NCBI RefSeq assembly: GCF_000829235.1
Contig: NZ_AP012549.1
Location: 90,001-122,000 of the forward strand
Direction: 5' to 3'
DNA from: a cyanobacterium endosymbiont of Epithemia turgida isolate EtSB Lake Yunoko
GTDB lineage: Bacteria > Cyanobacteriota > Cyanobacteriia > Cyanobacteriales > Microcystaceae
Length of the DNA: 32,000 nucleotides
The notes beneath the pieces are model-generated. The model was not told where the DNA came from, ran no database searches, and worked only from the letters and a program-made list of their open reading frames with translations. Position 1 is the first letter of the stretch; each line of letters starts with the position of its first letter. Made by a program: the position numbers and the translations under genes. Shown piece after piece: positions 1 to 15,885 of this stretch.

Positions 1-160
1 ATTCTGGGTCCTGGGTATTATCTAAGGCTGTAGCGATATAAATAACAGGCTTCTTAGATTTTTCAGCCAGGGTTTCAGCCCACTCACTTTTACCTTAAGG
101 GGTAGGCCCAGTTACTAAAATAATTTGTTGGTTTTGAAGCGGTTCTAAATCATTTACCAT
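1..160 (-). pseudogene. cobU: Adenosylcobinamide kinase / adenosylcobinamide-phosphate guanylyltransferase (CobU/CobP), N-terminal part, disrupted by an in-frame stop; continues beyond the left window edge
   Basis: Minus-strand translation from ATG (160-158) gives MVNDLEPLQNQQIILVTGPTP*GKSEWAETLAEKSKKPVIYIATALDNTQDPE.. This matches the CobU N-terminus as I remember it (ILVTGPARSGKSEWAE...YIATA). However, the Walker-A loop reads GPTP-stop-GKS, with TAA at 97-95. It is absent from the ORF track because of the stop and the window edge. Confidence 0.75.
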
Positions 161-2991
161 AATAACTAGAATTGCTTTGAAATTTTAGGACTCAATAAAT
201 TCCACAAAAAAAGTATATATTCCATGATCGATCATCCTTTTAGCTTGAGATAAAGCGGTATAAAAATTAGCCATTGTCTCAGTGACAAAAATAAAAAGTA
301 CCGGACGTTATACCCAAAGAATCTATCTTAAACCTGGAGATATTTCGAAGTCAGTTAAAATAGTATGAATATTTATCATGATTTTATTTTAATATTAATA
401 ATTTAATTAATATTAAAAAATATAATTTATTTTAGTTTAGCACTAATAATTATTAATTCTTGCTCTTTATTTTTATTTTCATAAAGTAGACAAAAAATAA
501 ATTAATTATATCCAGGGTTTTAAGATTTAATAATAAGTGTGTAAGGTTTGCTTATTTATTGTTAGCCTTGAACACCATAAATCATAAAAAATAATTAGCA
601 AAAAATGACAACTAACTTATTAAAAACTTTTTGACTTTAATTATACTGTATTTATGTTAACTTTAGCAACCTTAAAGCAAGTAATTTTAGTCTAATTATA
701 GGGTTAATCTACGATACTATAACATTGTTGATAATTTCTGATAACGCAATATAAATTCTTCGATGTTTAATCATAATGATTGAAAGTTAACTATGATGAA
801 TTCTCGATTTGGTATATAGTGTAGGTTCAACTATAATTTAGTTAACAAGAAGTTTTTTTCACCACTAGGCTAATTGATTTGGAGTTGATGGATGTTTTCC
901 AAGCTTTAATACTTTAAAATCAGCTGATGTACTTGCAAAACTTGTCTACGGACTTGACTTAAGGAAGTTGACACGTAGAATATTAGCTCTAGATTAAATT
1001 AATCACAATTGAGCGTAATTTGTATAAAACAACCTATTTATTAAGATTTTTATTTAAATAGAAATTATTATATCTAATAAGTAAATTAGTAAAATACTAG
1101 GCATGATATGCTTAAATAATTTATATAAATTTTAGCTATATTTTTTAGACAGTTGTTTATAAAAAATTTTTTATATAACCAGATTAATAAAAAAATAAAC
1201 ATAAGTTTTATGTATTTTAATAGGTGACAATAGCGGAAAAAATAATTAAAAATATTTTTTTGAAATAGAAATTAAGCTGCAATTATATTTGTTATAATTT
1301 ATCTTATAAGTTCTCTTGTCGGACCAGTTTATTTTAATAAAAAAGAAACCACGCAAACAGTTGTTAACGTTGGTACGAACAAGGGAATAAAAAATAACTC
1401 ACCTTCTGTTTCGTAATTTTAGTGAGATTTAAACTTTGTTACAGTTAATTTTGTACTTTATCTACTACAATAATAGTTTTATTTCTTAAAGCAGATCGTC
1501 ACTCCATTTTTAATAAAATTACGCTAAGTGAGCACTCTTTACTACGTAAAAGGTTTAAAATTTACTTTTAACTTCCTGAGAAAGGTTATTTAAAGTTTCT
1601 CTAAGATTTAATGTATTTATCGTTGATCAATACATTAAATTGCAGCGCATGGATACCGCAATTACGATTTATTATAAGAGAGGTTGTTAAATTTTTATGC
1701 TGAGTAAGGCAACATTACCAATACGGTTAATATAATTAATTTATTCAATTTCTTATGCTCTGTCCTCTAGGTTTTTATTTTTTAAGAATTATTCCAGGTC
1801 AGCATTCAATTTGGGCTAAAAGTGGTTATAGTTATAACCTGTAGAATCAATTTATTCTATGATAGAAAGACAAATGGGGTGATGAGAGATAAAGATTTTT
1901 TTAACCAGGCTTAGATACTCTCATAACAGTAGTATTTAAAAGTAAAATTTATCTAGAAAGATAATAAAAATGTACAGTAAAAATTAATAATCGTATCCTT
2001 TCCTTTCTTCAAAAATCCCTCTGAAAAAAACTCAATTACTTTCAGTATATAAAATTCAGTATCTCGACTTTTCGACAATTTTGGTCTTATTTTTTCTGTC
2101 GACTACCTCATAACAAGACTATAAACTGCTACGATCCTTCATTTAAGATGTAGTTAGTAGTCAAAACCTCGATGTTACAAACATATAACTTAAATTTAAC
2201 TGCGTGAGCACATCTTTATAATTCGAAAAGCGGCACTAGATTTTATGGTTAAAATTAGGGTTTAAGTGCGCTTAGCAAGATTAAATTCAGCTAAAATCGC
2301 GAAGACCATAGCAGAACACTTTTAAAAAATACTAGGATATCAGTTGTTATGGCGAATTATATTAATTTTTTTTCTACAGTCTTTTCATTAATCAGAGGCT
2401 AAGCAATCGTTCTAATCTAAGTAAATTAGAGAATAATCTTACAATTTATGAGTTTATCTACTCAATAATTGACTCAAGTTGCTTAATAACTGCTTTTTAT
2501 CCATTTATTCTTTTATTTATGTCTCAAACAAAAGTTTACCAAACTTTAATGTGGTGTTGTTGATTTACAATTACTTAGAGGCTCACATATATGAAATAAA
2601 AATTAAAGTGTAACTAGAGCTACCAACTAACAAAAAAAATGATCTACAAATATTCGCATAATTATCCATATTCATAAAGTACCAATTGTGGACATAGTTA
2701 AAGAAAAAAGAGGTTTAAATGCTGATTTCTGACTTTTGACTTCTGAGTTTCAATTACTGCCTTGTTAAGATACTGTTTAAAGAATTGGGGAAACTAAAAA
2801 TCCAACGTTAGACTAAAAAACGTTAGATTAATTAGGGTGCACTGCTACGCAGAAGGCGAAAAGTAAATAGCCATCAGGCAAAAGTTGACCATAACAAAGC
2901 TTCAGCTTTTACCAATGTCTAGTCAACCAATGCCTTATGCAATAGCAAAAACCCTTTTTGATAAAAACCAAGTAGATTTGGTAGCAGTTAT

Positions 2992-4413
2992 ATGACGAAA
3001 CGTACCTTTGCTGTAATCGGTTTAGCCGTGATGGGAGAAAACCTAGCCCTTAATGTGGAGAGTCGTGGTTATCCCATTGCTGTTTACAACCGTAGCCGCG
3101 AGAAAACAGACAAATTCATGAGTACCCGGGCCGTCGGCAAAGATATAAAAGCGGCTTACTCCCTAAAAGAATTAGTCCAAATCTTAGAACGGCCCCGTAA
3201 ACTTCTGGTGATGGTTCAAGCAGGACAACCTGTTGATTACGTCATTCAAGACTTAAAACCTCTCCTTGAAAAAGGAGATATGATTATTGATGGCGGTAAC
3301 TCTCTCTATGAGGATACCGAAAGACGTACCCAAGAATTAGAATCCACCGGACTTGGTTTTGTAGGAATGGGTGTTAGCGGTGGAGAAGAAGGTGCCTTAA
3401 AAGGACCTAGCTTGATGCCTGGGGGTACAAAAGCTGCCTATAAAGAACTCGAACCCATTTTTACCAAAATTGCTGCCCAAGTAGATGATGGCCCGTGTGT
3501 CACCTTTGTGGGACGAGGTGGAGCTGGTCACTATGTAAAAATGGTGCATAATGGGATCGAATATGGCGATATGCAATTAATTGCTGAAGCCTATGACATC
3601 ATGAAAAATGGATTAGGGTTGAGCAATGAAAAGTTGCACAATGTCTTTAAAGAATGGAATACTACTGATGAACTTAATTCTTTTCTCATTGAAATTACCG
3701 CCGATATTTTCAAATACAAAGACCCAGAAACCGGAAACCACCTAGTAGATCTCATTCTCGACTCCGCAGGACAAAAAGGAACCGGACGCTGGACCGTGAT
3801 GACTTCCTTAGAGTTAGGGGTTCCTATTCCTACTATGTATGCTGCGGTAAACGCACGCGTCATGTCTTCGTATAAAGATGAACGAGTAGCTGCATCAAAA
3901 GAACTACCTGGACCCAGGACTAAATTCGAAGGAGATGTCAAGGCATTTGTTAACAAAGTAAGAGATGCTTTGTACTGTTCTAAGATGTGTTCTTATGCTC
4001 AAGGAATGGCCCTAATTGCTAAGGCCTCAGCAGAGTATAATTACGGGGTAAGTTTACCTGAATCCGCTCGTATTTGGAAAGGCGGTTGTATCATTCGTGC
4101 TGGGTTTCTTGATAAGATTAAAAAAGCATTTCTTGATAACCCCACCTTGCCTAATTTGTTATTAGCTCCTGAGTTTAAGCAAAGCATCTTGGATCGTCAA
4201 GAGGCATGGCGCGAAGTGTTAATGTTGGCTAACAAGTTGGGTATTCCTGTTCCTGCTTTTAGTTCGTCTTTAGACTATTTTGATAGTTATCGTCGTGTTA
4301 GTTTGCCTCAGAATTTGACCCAAGCACAAAGGGATTATTTCGGGGCGCATACTTACGAACGTATTGATAAACCTAGAGGCGAATTTATCCATACTGAATG
4401 GGCGGCTCAATAG
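2992..4413 (+). CDS. gnd: 6-phosphogluconate dehydrogenase, decarboxylating
   Basis: 473-aa ORF. The N-terminal NADP-binding motif GLAVMGENLALN and the full-length sequence are typical of Gnd (GGNSLYEDTERR, HYVKMVHNGIEYGDMQLIAEAY, AQRDYFGAHTYER). Confidence 0.97.
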   Translation: MTKRTFAVIGLAVMGENLALNVESRGYPIAVYNRSREKTDKFMSTRAVGKDIKAAYSLKELVQILERPRKLLVMVQAGQPVDYVIQDLKPLLEKGDMIIDGGNSLYEDTERRTQELESTGLGFVGMGVSGGEEGALKGPSLMPGGTKAAYKELEPIFTKIAAQVDDGPCVTFVGRGGAGHYVKMVHNGIEYGDMQLIAEAYDIMKNGLGLSNEKLHNVFKEWNTTDELNSFLIEITADIFKYKDPETGNHLVDLILDSAGQKGTGRWTVMTSLELGVPIPTMYAAVNARVMSSYKDERVAASKELPGPRTKFEGDVKAFVNKVRDALYCSKMCSYAQGMALIAKASAEYNYGVSLPESARIWKGGCIIRAGFLDKIKKAFLDNPTLPNLLLAPEFKQSILDRQEAWREVLMLANKLGIPVPAFSSSLDYFDSYRRVSLPQNLTQAQRDYFGAHTYERIDKPRGEFIHTEWAAQ

Positions 4414-4422
4414 TAGATTTTT

Positions 4423-4486
4423 CCCCTCGTTTATTAACTAAAAAAACTCTCCCAAGAGAGAGAGTTTTTAGTTAATAAACGAGGGG
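4423..4486. terminator. Long inverted repeat between the convergent gnd and dapL stops (probable bidirectional terminator or 3' stabiliser)
   Basis: The arms are cccctcgtttattaact-a7-ctctc (4423-4451) and gagag-t5-agttaataaacgagggg (4460-4486). That is about 27 bp with a 2-nt bulge in the A/T tract. It sits in the 95-bp gap between the gnd stop (4413) and the dapL stop (4509). There is no U-tract after the stem on either strand, so the functional call rests on position. Confidence 0.6.
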
Positions 4487-4508
4487 GCATAGCTCACCTT
4501 ACCTGAGA

Positions 4509-5744
4509 CTACATAGAAAACTGTGTTGTAATACGTTTCATAGCTTCTTCTATATTCTTCCGACTATTGAAAGCAGAAATCCTGAAATATCCTTCTCCTG
4601 CGGCACCAAACCCAGATCCTGGAGTTCCCACAACATGAGCAGTTTGCAGTAATTTATCAAAAAAATCCCAACTTGAGAGATTGTAGGGTGTTTTTAGCCA
4701 AATATAGGGAGAATTGACGCCGCCATATACTTTAAACTTTGCTCTTTTTAGTTGATTGCAGATGATCTGAGCATTTTCTAGATAAAAACTGACTAATTTC
4801 TTTACCTGCGCTTTTCCTGTATCGGAATAGACTGCTTCTGCTCCTCGTTGTACGATGTAGGAGACTCCATTAAATTTGGTACACTGCCGACGGCTCCACA
4901 GTTTCCATAATTCTATATCTGACTCATCAGAGACTTTAGCGGTAAGTGTTTTGGGAACTACTGTGAAGGCACAACGAGTCCCTGTGAATCCTGCATTTTT
5001 AGAAAAAGACCTAAATTCGATTGCACAGTCTTTTGCTCCTTCAATTTCATAGATGGAATGGGGGAGACTGTCATCAGTGATAAAAGCTTCATAAGCAGCA
5101 TCAAAAAAAATGATAGACCCTCTAGCTTTAGCGTAGTCTACCCAGATTTTGAGATAATCTTTGGTGGCGGTTGCCCCTGTGGGATTGTTAGGAAAGCAAA
5201 GATAGATCAGATCGACTTTCTGACTAGGGATGTCTGCAATAAAATTATTCTCTGCACTGATCGGAAGATAAACTAAACCGTCATATTCTCCTTTGTCATT
5301 GGCTTTCCCCGTATGACCAGCCATGACGTTTGTATCAACATAAACGGGGTATACAGGGTCGGTAACAGCGATTTTGTTATCCCTGCTAAAAATATCAAGA
5401 ATATTTCCTGTATCGCATTTAGCCCCATCTGAGACAAATATTTCTGAGGCATCTATATCACAATTCCTTGCTTGGAAGTCATTAGCCGCTATCTTTTCCC
5501 GTAACCAGCCATAACCTTGTTCTGGTCCGTAGCCTTGAAAAGTTGCGCGATCACCCATATCTTCCACCGCTTTAATCATGGCAGTGCGACAAGCTTCGGG
5601 CAGAGGTTCTGTTACATCTCCGATACCCAGCTTAATGATATTGGTATTAGGATTGGCTTCGGAAAAATTTTTTACCCGTCTGGCAATTTCAGGAAATAAG
5701 TATCCTGCCTTAAGTTTTAAGTAATTTTCGTTGATAGTCGTCAT
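4509..5744 (-). CDS. dapL: LL-diaminopimelate aminotransferase
   Basis: 411-aa ORF. The N-terminus [24 protein letters not shown] and the PLP-lysine region [13 protein letters not shown] are characteristic of the DapL family. Confidence 0.94.
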   Translation of the reverse strand: MTTINENYLKLKAGYLFPEIARRVKNFSEANPNTNIIKLGIGDVTEPLPEACRTAMIKAVEDMGDRATFQGYGPEQGYGWLREKIAANDFQARNCDIDASEIFVSDGAKCDTGNILDIFSRDNKIAVTDPVYPVYVDTNVMAGHTGKANDKGEYDGLVYLPISAENNFIADIPSQKVDLIYLCFPNNPTGATATKDYLKIWVDYAKARGSIIFFDAAYEAFITDDSLPHSIYEIEGAKDCAIEFRSFSKNAGFTGTRCAFTVVPKTLTAKVSDESDIELWKLWSRRQCTKFNGVSYIVQRGAEAVYSDTGKAQVKKLVSFYLENAQIICNQLKRAKFKVYGGVNSPYIWLKTPYNLSSWDFFDKLLQTAHVVGTPGSGFGAAGEGYFRISAFNSRKNIEEAMKRITTQFSM

Positions 5745-5833
5745 GTTTATTTTTATACAAATACTTTTTATTAAGCTTACACTGTGTCAAAAATTTTAAA
5801 GATAGTTTCAAATGTTATGGGTGTTCTGTTAAC

Positions 5834-5888
5834 GTAAATTCTTAATGATTTAAAAACTTAAAAATTGTTTAAACCATTAAGAATTTAC
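5834..5888. repeat. 14-bp inverted repeat in the dapL upstream region; function unknown
   Basis: gtaaattcttaatg (5834-5847) and cattaagaatttac (5875-5888) are perfect complements separated by 27 nt that contain the palindrome gtttaaac. The repeat lies 90-145 nt upstream of the dapL start codon on the minus strand. The repeat is certain; any regulatory role is speculative. Confidence 0.5.
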
Positions 5889-6150
5889 TTGTTGTCAATA
5901 AAAATACAAAATTAGTAGATCTTAAATTATACTAGACTTTACTATATTTTAGTGCTTCAGGTCCTCAATATTTAAATCAAAATGCGATGAAGTTGATAAT
6001 TATCTAAAGCTGTTCAAAAACAGCGGGTAGTAAAGTAAGGAGAACCTACTTTCTAATTTAGTCTAATTTCTCAAACATTCTTCTGTTTTAAAAGTAAAGT
6101 CTTATAACTGAAAATCCTACTTATAGTGCAGAAAGTATCGGTCCAGATAC

Positions 6151-6193
6151 TAACAGAGAATCTCTTTCCCAATAGGAAAGAGATTCTCTGTTA
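6151..6193 (-). terminator. Perfect 19-bp stem-loop immediately downstream of 5S rRNA (probable rrn operon 3' hairpin)
   Basis: taacagagaatctctttcc (6151-6169) pairs with ggaaagagattctctgtta (6175-6193) around a 5-nt loop, 8 nt beyond the 5S 3' end. In the rrn (minus) orientation the T-run precedes rather than follows the stem, so the terminator role is inferred from position only. Confidence 0.55.
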
Positions 6194-6201
6194 AAAAACA
6201 A

Positions 6202-6321
6202 ATCCTGGCATCGAGCTATTGTCCCGGTGGGCTACCCCACAAGTATCTTGGCCGCTGCCGCGTTTCACAAGCGAGTTCGGGATGGAATCGCAGTGGGTCC
6301 ACGGCGCTAGAGACACCAGGA
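6202..6321 (-). rRNA. rrf: 5S ribosomal RNA
   Basis: The reverse complement reads TCCTGGTGTCTCTAGCGCCGTGGACCCACTGCGATTCCATCCCGAACTCGCTTGTGAAACG...GCCAGGAT. It has the universal 5S CCGAAC motif and pairing ends, and lies 67 nt after the 23S. Confidence 0.93.
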
Positions 6322-6388
6322 AGTCAAATGGCTAAAAGCACCTTCAAGACTGCAAAAAACGAGAAAAGAAAAGTTTAAGACAACATAA

Positions 6389-9261
<2,873 letters not shown>

Positions 9262-9360
9262 ATTTTAATATGGTATTACTTAGACTTTTCTATTTGGTCA
9301 ATATTCTCTTACGCTTCAATCTAGTAACGTAAGTAATGACCGTTTTCTCGTTTTTATGCA

Positions 9361-9372
9361 GTTTTCAAGGTG
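9361..9372 (-). promoter_or_regulatory. boxA-like antitermination motif in the 16S-23S spacer
   Basis: The reverse complement is caCCTTGAAAAc, close to the cyanobacterial ITS boxA consensus GAACCTTGAAAA. It lies about 100 nt upstream of the 23S 5' end. Confidence 0.55.
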
Positions 9373-9479
9373 CTTTACTAGGCTCTAACTGCCCAGCAGT
9401 CTGCCTCACTTTGTTCAAGCGAGACTCGGTGCTGAACTGGTACTTGAGTGTTATTCTGTTCAATACACATTAGGTTAGG

Positions 9480-9553
<74 letters not shown>

Positions 9554-9706
9554 TTATCCTGAACCAATCATAATTTAGAAGCTAATTCAGATATGTTTCC
9601 CTTGCACGACCTTGGGATTAGTTCTAAGGAAAAGCATTATTTTATCTAGGTTTTAGACTTTCGTTTTATACCTTTTGCTTTATTCCTTGAACTGAGGTCT
9701 CCCTAT

Positions 9707-11189
<1,483 letters not shown>

Positions 11190-11358
11190 AGTGTTTGATC
11201 TGACTTTTAGCCGGTATCTTCTAACTTAGTTAGTTTTCCGGCTTTCTTTACTTTTATCTCTCTGCTTTCTCTATCTAGTAGACAGGGAAAGTAGTGAGAT
11301 GTATAATTATCTTGAATAACAAGGGGCACTATACAGTTGTTAGCTTCTAAATTATTGA

Positions 11359-11370
11359 TTTTTCAAGGTC
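11359..11370 (-). promoter_or_regulatory. boxA-like antitermination motif in the rrn leader
   Basis: The reverse complement is GACCTTGAAAAA, about 40 nt downstream of the predicted promoter -10 element and about 170 nt upstream of the 16S 5' end. Confidence 0.5.
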
Positions 11371-11412
11371 CAGTGCGCTGGGGAGAGTGTTGCTCTCAGT
11401 TGCGCATTTACC

Positions 11413-11442
11413 AATGTACACCAGTCGATTTAAAAATGTCAA
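11413..11442 (-). promoter_or_regulatory. Candidate sigma70-type rrn promoter (TTGACA-18 nt-TACATT) with an upstream A/T-rich UP-like tract
   Basis: On the minus strand there is a perfect -35 TTGACA (11442-11437), an 18-nt spacer, and TACATT (11418-11413). Immediately upstream (11443-11470) the sequence is aaaaaaatttttttgaaaaaag. The position is about 220 nt upstream of 16S, with boxA just downstream. This is sequence-based prediction only. Confidence 0.55.
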
Positions 11443-11901
11443 GCTTTTTTCAAAAAAATTTTTTTCTTTCTTCCTAAATCAGGCTATAACGTAGTCTTGG
11501 GTTTATAACTGGTTTTTGTGTTTTATTGAAGCATAGTCTCTATAAACTCTAAAACTTGTTTATCATGTATAATAGCATATAAAATAGGTCCACTAAGCAG
11601 TAGAAGTCTTTAGGGTGATATCCACCAGAACTCATCGAGATAGATGAATTACCGTGTTCATCACTAGCGAAAAGTCTAGCTAAAATTGTTAAATTCTTAT
11701 CACATCTCAGAGGATACTTACTCGATTAATGATCTAACTACACTAAAGTAAGTCGTTTAAGGGAGTTGTATAGGTAATAGAGTAGCAACAAAAATGGACA
11801 AGATACTTACTCATAGTAAAGTTTAATGTTGTATTTGTGATTAATAGAGCTTGATTAGACTATTAGAATATTTAAAAGTTGTTTCTTAACTTCGAACCAG
11901 A

Positions 11902-12744
11902 ATGATAACTAATAATCTTTATATTTTAAGACTGTTAACCAATATTCTCGCAGCTAGTTCTTTAGTGTCCGCTCATCCATTGCTGTTGTCTCAACAACCA
12001 AGCGATGTCCCAACAGAAATAACTCCAAACAGTCTTTCTCCAAGTCCATCTCAAGAGTCAGATGCTCTTGAATGGTATAACCAAGGGGTAGATAAAATTA
12101 ATGAAAGAGACTATGAAGGAGCTATCATTAATTTTACCGAAGCCATCGAATTAAACCCCCAAGATCCTGATGCTTATTATAATCGTGGCTATGCTCAACA
12201 TATCTTGGGTAAGCTCAATGAAGCTCTCAATGACTATAATCAGTCTATAAAGATAAATCGTAAATTTGTTTATGCCTATGGTAATCGTTGTTACGCCTTT
12301 TTTCAATTAAAAGAATATCAAAAAGCTTTGGCTGATTGTTCAGAAGCAATTAATCTTAATCCTGAATATGCTGATTTTTATATATATAGAGGTAATACTA
12401 AAGATTACCTTGGTAATCATCAAGAAGCTATTGCTGACTATACTAAAGCCATTGGACTTAATGATAATTATGCCAAAGCTTATTACAATCGTGGTTTAGC
12501 TTACAATCATGCTGGAGAATTAGAAGCAGCGATCATTGATTACACTAAATGTTTAGAATTAAATCCCAATTCAGCTGATGCCTATTACAATCGGGGAGTA
12601 ACTAAGTTCCTAATAGGAAATCAGAAAGAGGCTTTCACTGATATACATAAAGCCGCAGAATTATTTAAGGTTCAAGGCAATTTGGATCATGCTAAGCAAG
12701 CTCGCGGTACAATTAAAAAATTACAAGCTCAAAATGATACTTAG
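11902..12744 (+). CDS. Tetratricopeptide-repeat (TPR) protein with a hydrophobic N-terminal signal-like segment
   Basis: 280-aa ORF with about six tandem 34-residue units bearing the TPR signature (..A..Y..AI.L.P....AYYNRG.A...LG....A..D..). The N-terminus LLTNILAASSLVSA is signal-peptide-like. Confidence 0.8.
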   Translation: MITNNLYILRLLTNILAASSLVSAHPLLLSQQPSDVPTEITPNSLSPSPSQESDALEWYNQGVDKINERDYEGAIINFTEAIELNPQDPDAYYNRGYAQHILGKLNEALNDYNQSIKINRKFVYAYGNRCYAFFQLKEYQKALADCSEAINLNPEYADFYIYRGNTKDYLGNHQEAIADYTKAIGLNDNYAKAYYNRGLAYNHAGELEAAIIDYTKCLELNPNSADAYYNRGVTKFLIGNQKEAFTDIHKAAELFKVQGNLDHAKQARGTIKKLQAQNDT

Positions 12745-12747
12745 ATT

Positions 12748-13008
12748 TTGAGATCTAGGTTCAATCAACACTCAAGAAAGTATAGTTCTGTGGGACAGGA
12801 AACTATCATAGTCGTTGGCGAAATGAGACAGTTAGCTACCCTTGAAGCAGACAATGACAATTTATTTAAATTTGTAATCCTACTGGCTCTTAATCAATCT
12901 GATAGTTTTAGTATTACATGCAGTATTACATATGAATCAATACTTTTATTAGTCAATGCGATACGAGCCGTGATTATACCTGTGATGTTATATCCTTATC
13001 GTCGTTAA
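12748..13008 (+). CDS. Hypothetical 86-aa ORF (possibly spurious or a gene relic)
   Basis: It appears in the ORF track only. It has a TTG start 1 nt after the TPR gene stop codon (12742-12744) and no recognisable Shine-Dalgarno sequence. I recognise no family. Its composition is closer to coding DNA than the desert that follows. Confidence 0.2.
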   Translation: MRSRFNQHSRKYSSVGQETIIVVGEMRQLATLEADNDNLFKFVILLALNQSDSFSITCSITYESILLLVNAIRAVIIPVMLYPYRR

Positions 13009-13845
13009 GTTTCCACGAGAGATGAACTCTAATTATTTTAATTTTCATAGTTTGGCGTTGCGAACTGGGGCTGTGTTAATAGAACTAAACAATTAGTTTT
13101 TTATATTTATTTAGTAACTTGACTATGATACATCGGTAATCGTATCAAACTTTTTCAAGACGTGTTAAAAATATTTTTCTAAAAAATATATAAGTTCATT
13201 GATTTTGTAGATTATCCTTTTTAAGGTTAACTCAATTATGTCGTCAATTAATTTTTTAACATCTGATGTATTGGGCACTCGTGAAACGCTTATTTGATAA
13301 TTATACGACTTTAGTCATTGAAGTTAATCCCTTAATAATTAAAAATTGTTTTTTTAAAAAACATATAAATCGACATATAAATCTATCTTTTTTTTTAAAC
13401 ATTAGAAACTAAAATAATATTATTAAGTTTATTTTATAATAAACAAATAAGTAAATTAAATTCTAGTTATTGACAAAATATCTAGTTTTTTTTGAACCTA
13501 ATAACATCAACAAAAAATTAAAAAATTGTTATAATTAATATTAATTGTAACAATTTTATCTTAATCAAGGCATAAGCTTAATATTAACTTGTCTAGATTA
13601 TATATAAATCCTAAAGGTTAACTAAATTATTTATTTAACTTAAAGCTTTTTAAACAGAAGCTGATAAATAATATTGTTTAAATGAGCTTTTACTATAATT
13701 TATATATCTAAATATTAAATTTTTTATCCTGTCCTGCGGTTACCTATAACTCATATTATATATATAGGCAGCAATCAAATCTATCAAATTTGTATTATAG
13801 AAGTTAAGGCTTATATTTTCTAGTAAATTATTAGCTTTTCTAAAA

Positions 13846-13905
13846 CATGCTATTTATGTATCTATTAATTTTGTGTAAAAAATTAATAGATACATAAATA
13901 GCATG
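13846..13905 (-). terminator. Perfect 27-bp hairpin followed by TTTT on the minus strand, 168 nt downstream of pgm
   Basis: catgctatttatgtatctattaatttt (13846-13872) and aaaattaatagatacataaatagcatg (13879-13905) are exact reverse complements around a 6-nt loop. Read on the minus strand, the stem is followed by ttttag. Confidence 0.55.
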
Positions 13906-14073
13906 AAAAACGTTACATTTAATGCTCTATAAAAAAATAAAAAAACTAAAATTGATAATAAGACATCAGATAAGTAGTTTTTAAAAAATCTATTAAATAA
14001 TTAGTTTGAACTAAAATACGAGACTTATAGGGTGAATATTGCCTACTCTACAAGTCTCAATTCAGAAAATAAA

Positions 14074-15714
<1,641 letters not shown>

Positions 15715-15885
15715 CTAGCTCTAATCTTTATAGTGTAAGCGTTTGAAGGATTTAGATAACTTCAATATGGTAAATTAACTTGGCCTTATTTTATAGTCAA
15801 TAGGCAATGCAACAATCTTGGAGTGATTTAGATGCTTATTTTTGAGATTATTCTATAAGATTTGTTTTAATTTGTTTATACTCAA

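Noticed and set aside
370-430. AT-only palindromes and short direct repeats (for example ttaatattaa twice near 379-410, and an imperfect palindrome around 20384-20424) that might suggest a repeat array or CRISPR
   Set aside because: These are low-complexity A/T sequences with no regular repeat-spacer periodicity. There are no repeats of 20 bp or more recurring at fixed intervals and no cas genes. Such patterns are expected by chance at this composition.
2940-2991. Possible NtcA site (GTA-N8-TAC) or a clear sigma70 promoter upstream of gnd
   Set aside because: The candidates (gtagatttggtagc, gtaaatagccatca) do not fit GTA-N8-TAC, and no convincing -35/-10 pair is present. I therefore did not annotate them.
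9262-9479. Looked for a tRNA-Ala in the 16S-23S spacer in addition to tRNA-Ile
   Set aside because: No cloverleaf or tRNA-Ala-like sequence is present. Spacers with only tRNA-Ile are a known normal variant among cyanobacteria, so this is not an anomaly.
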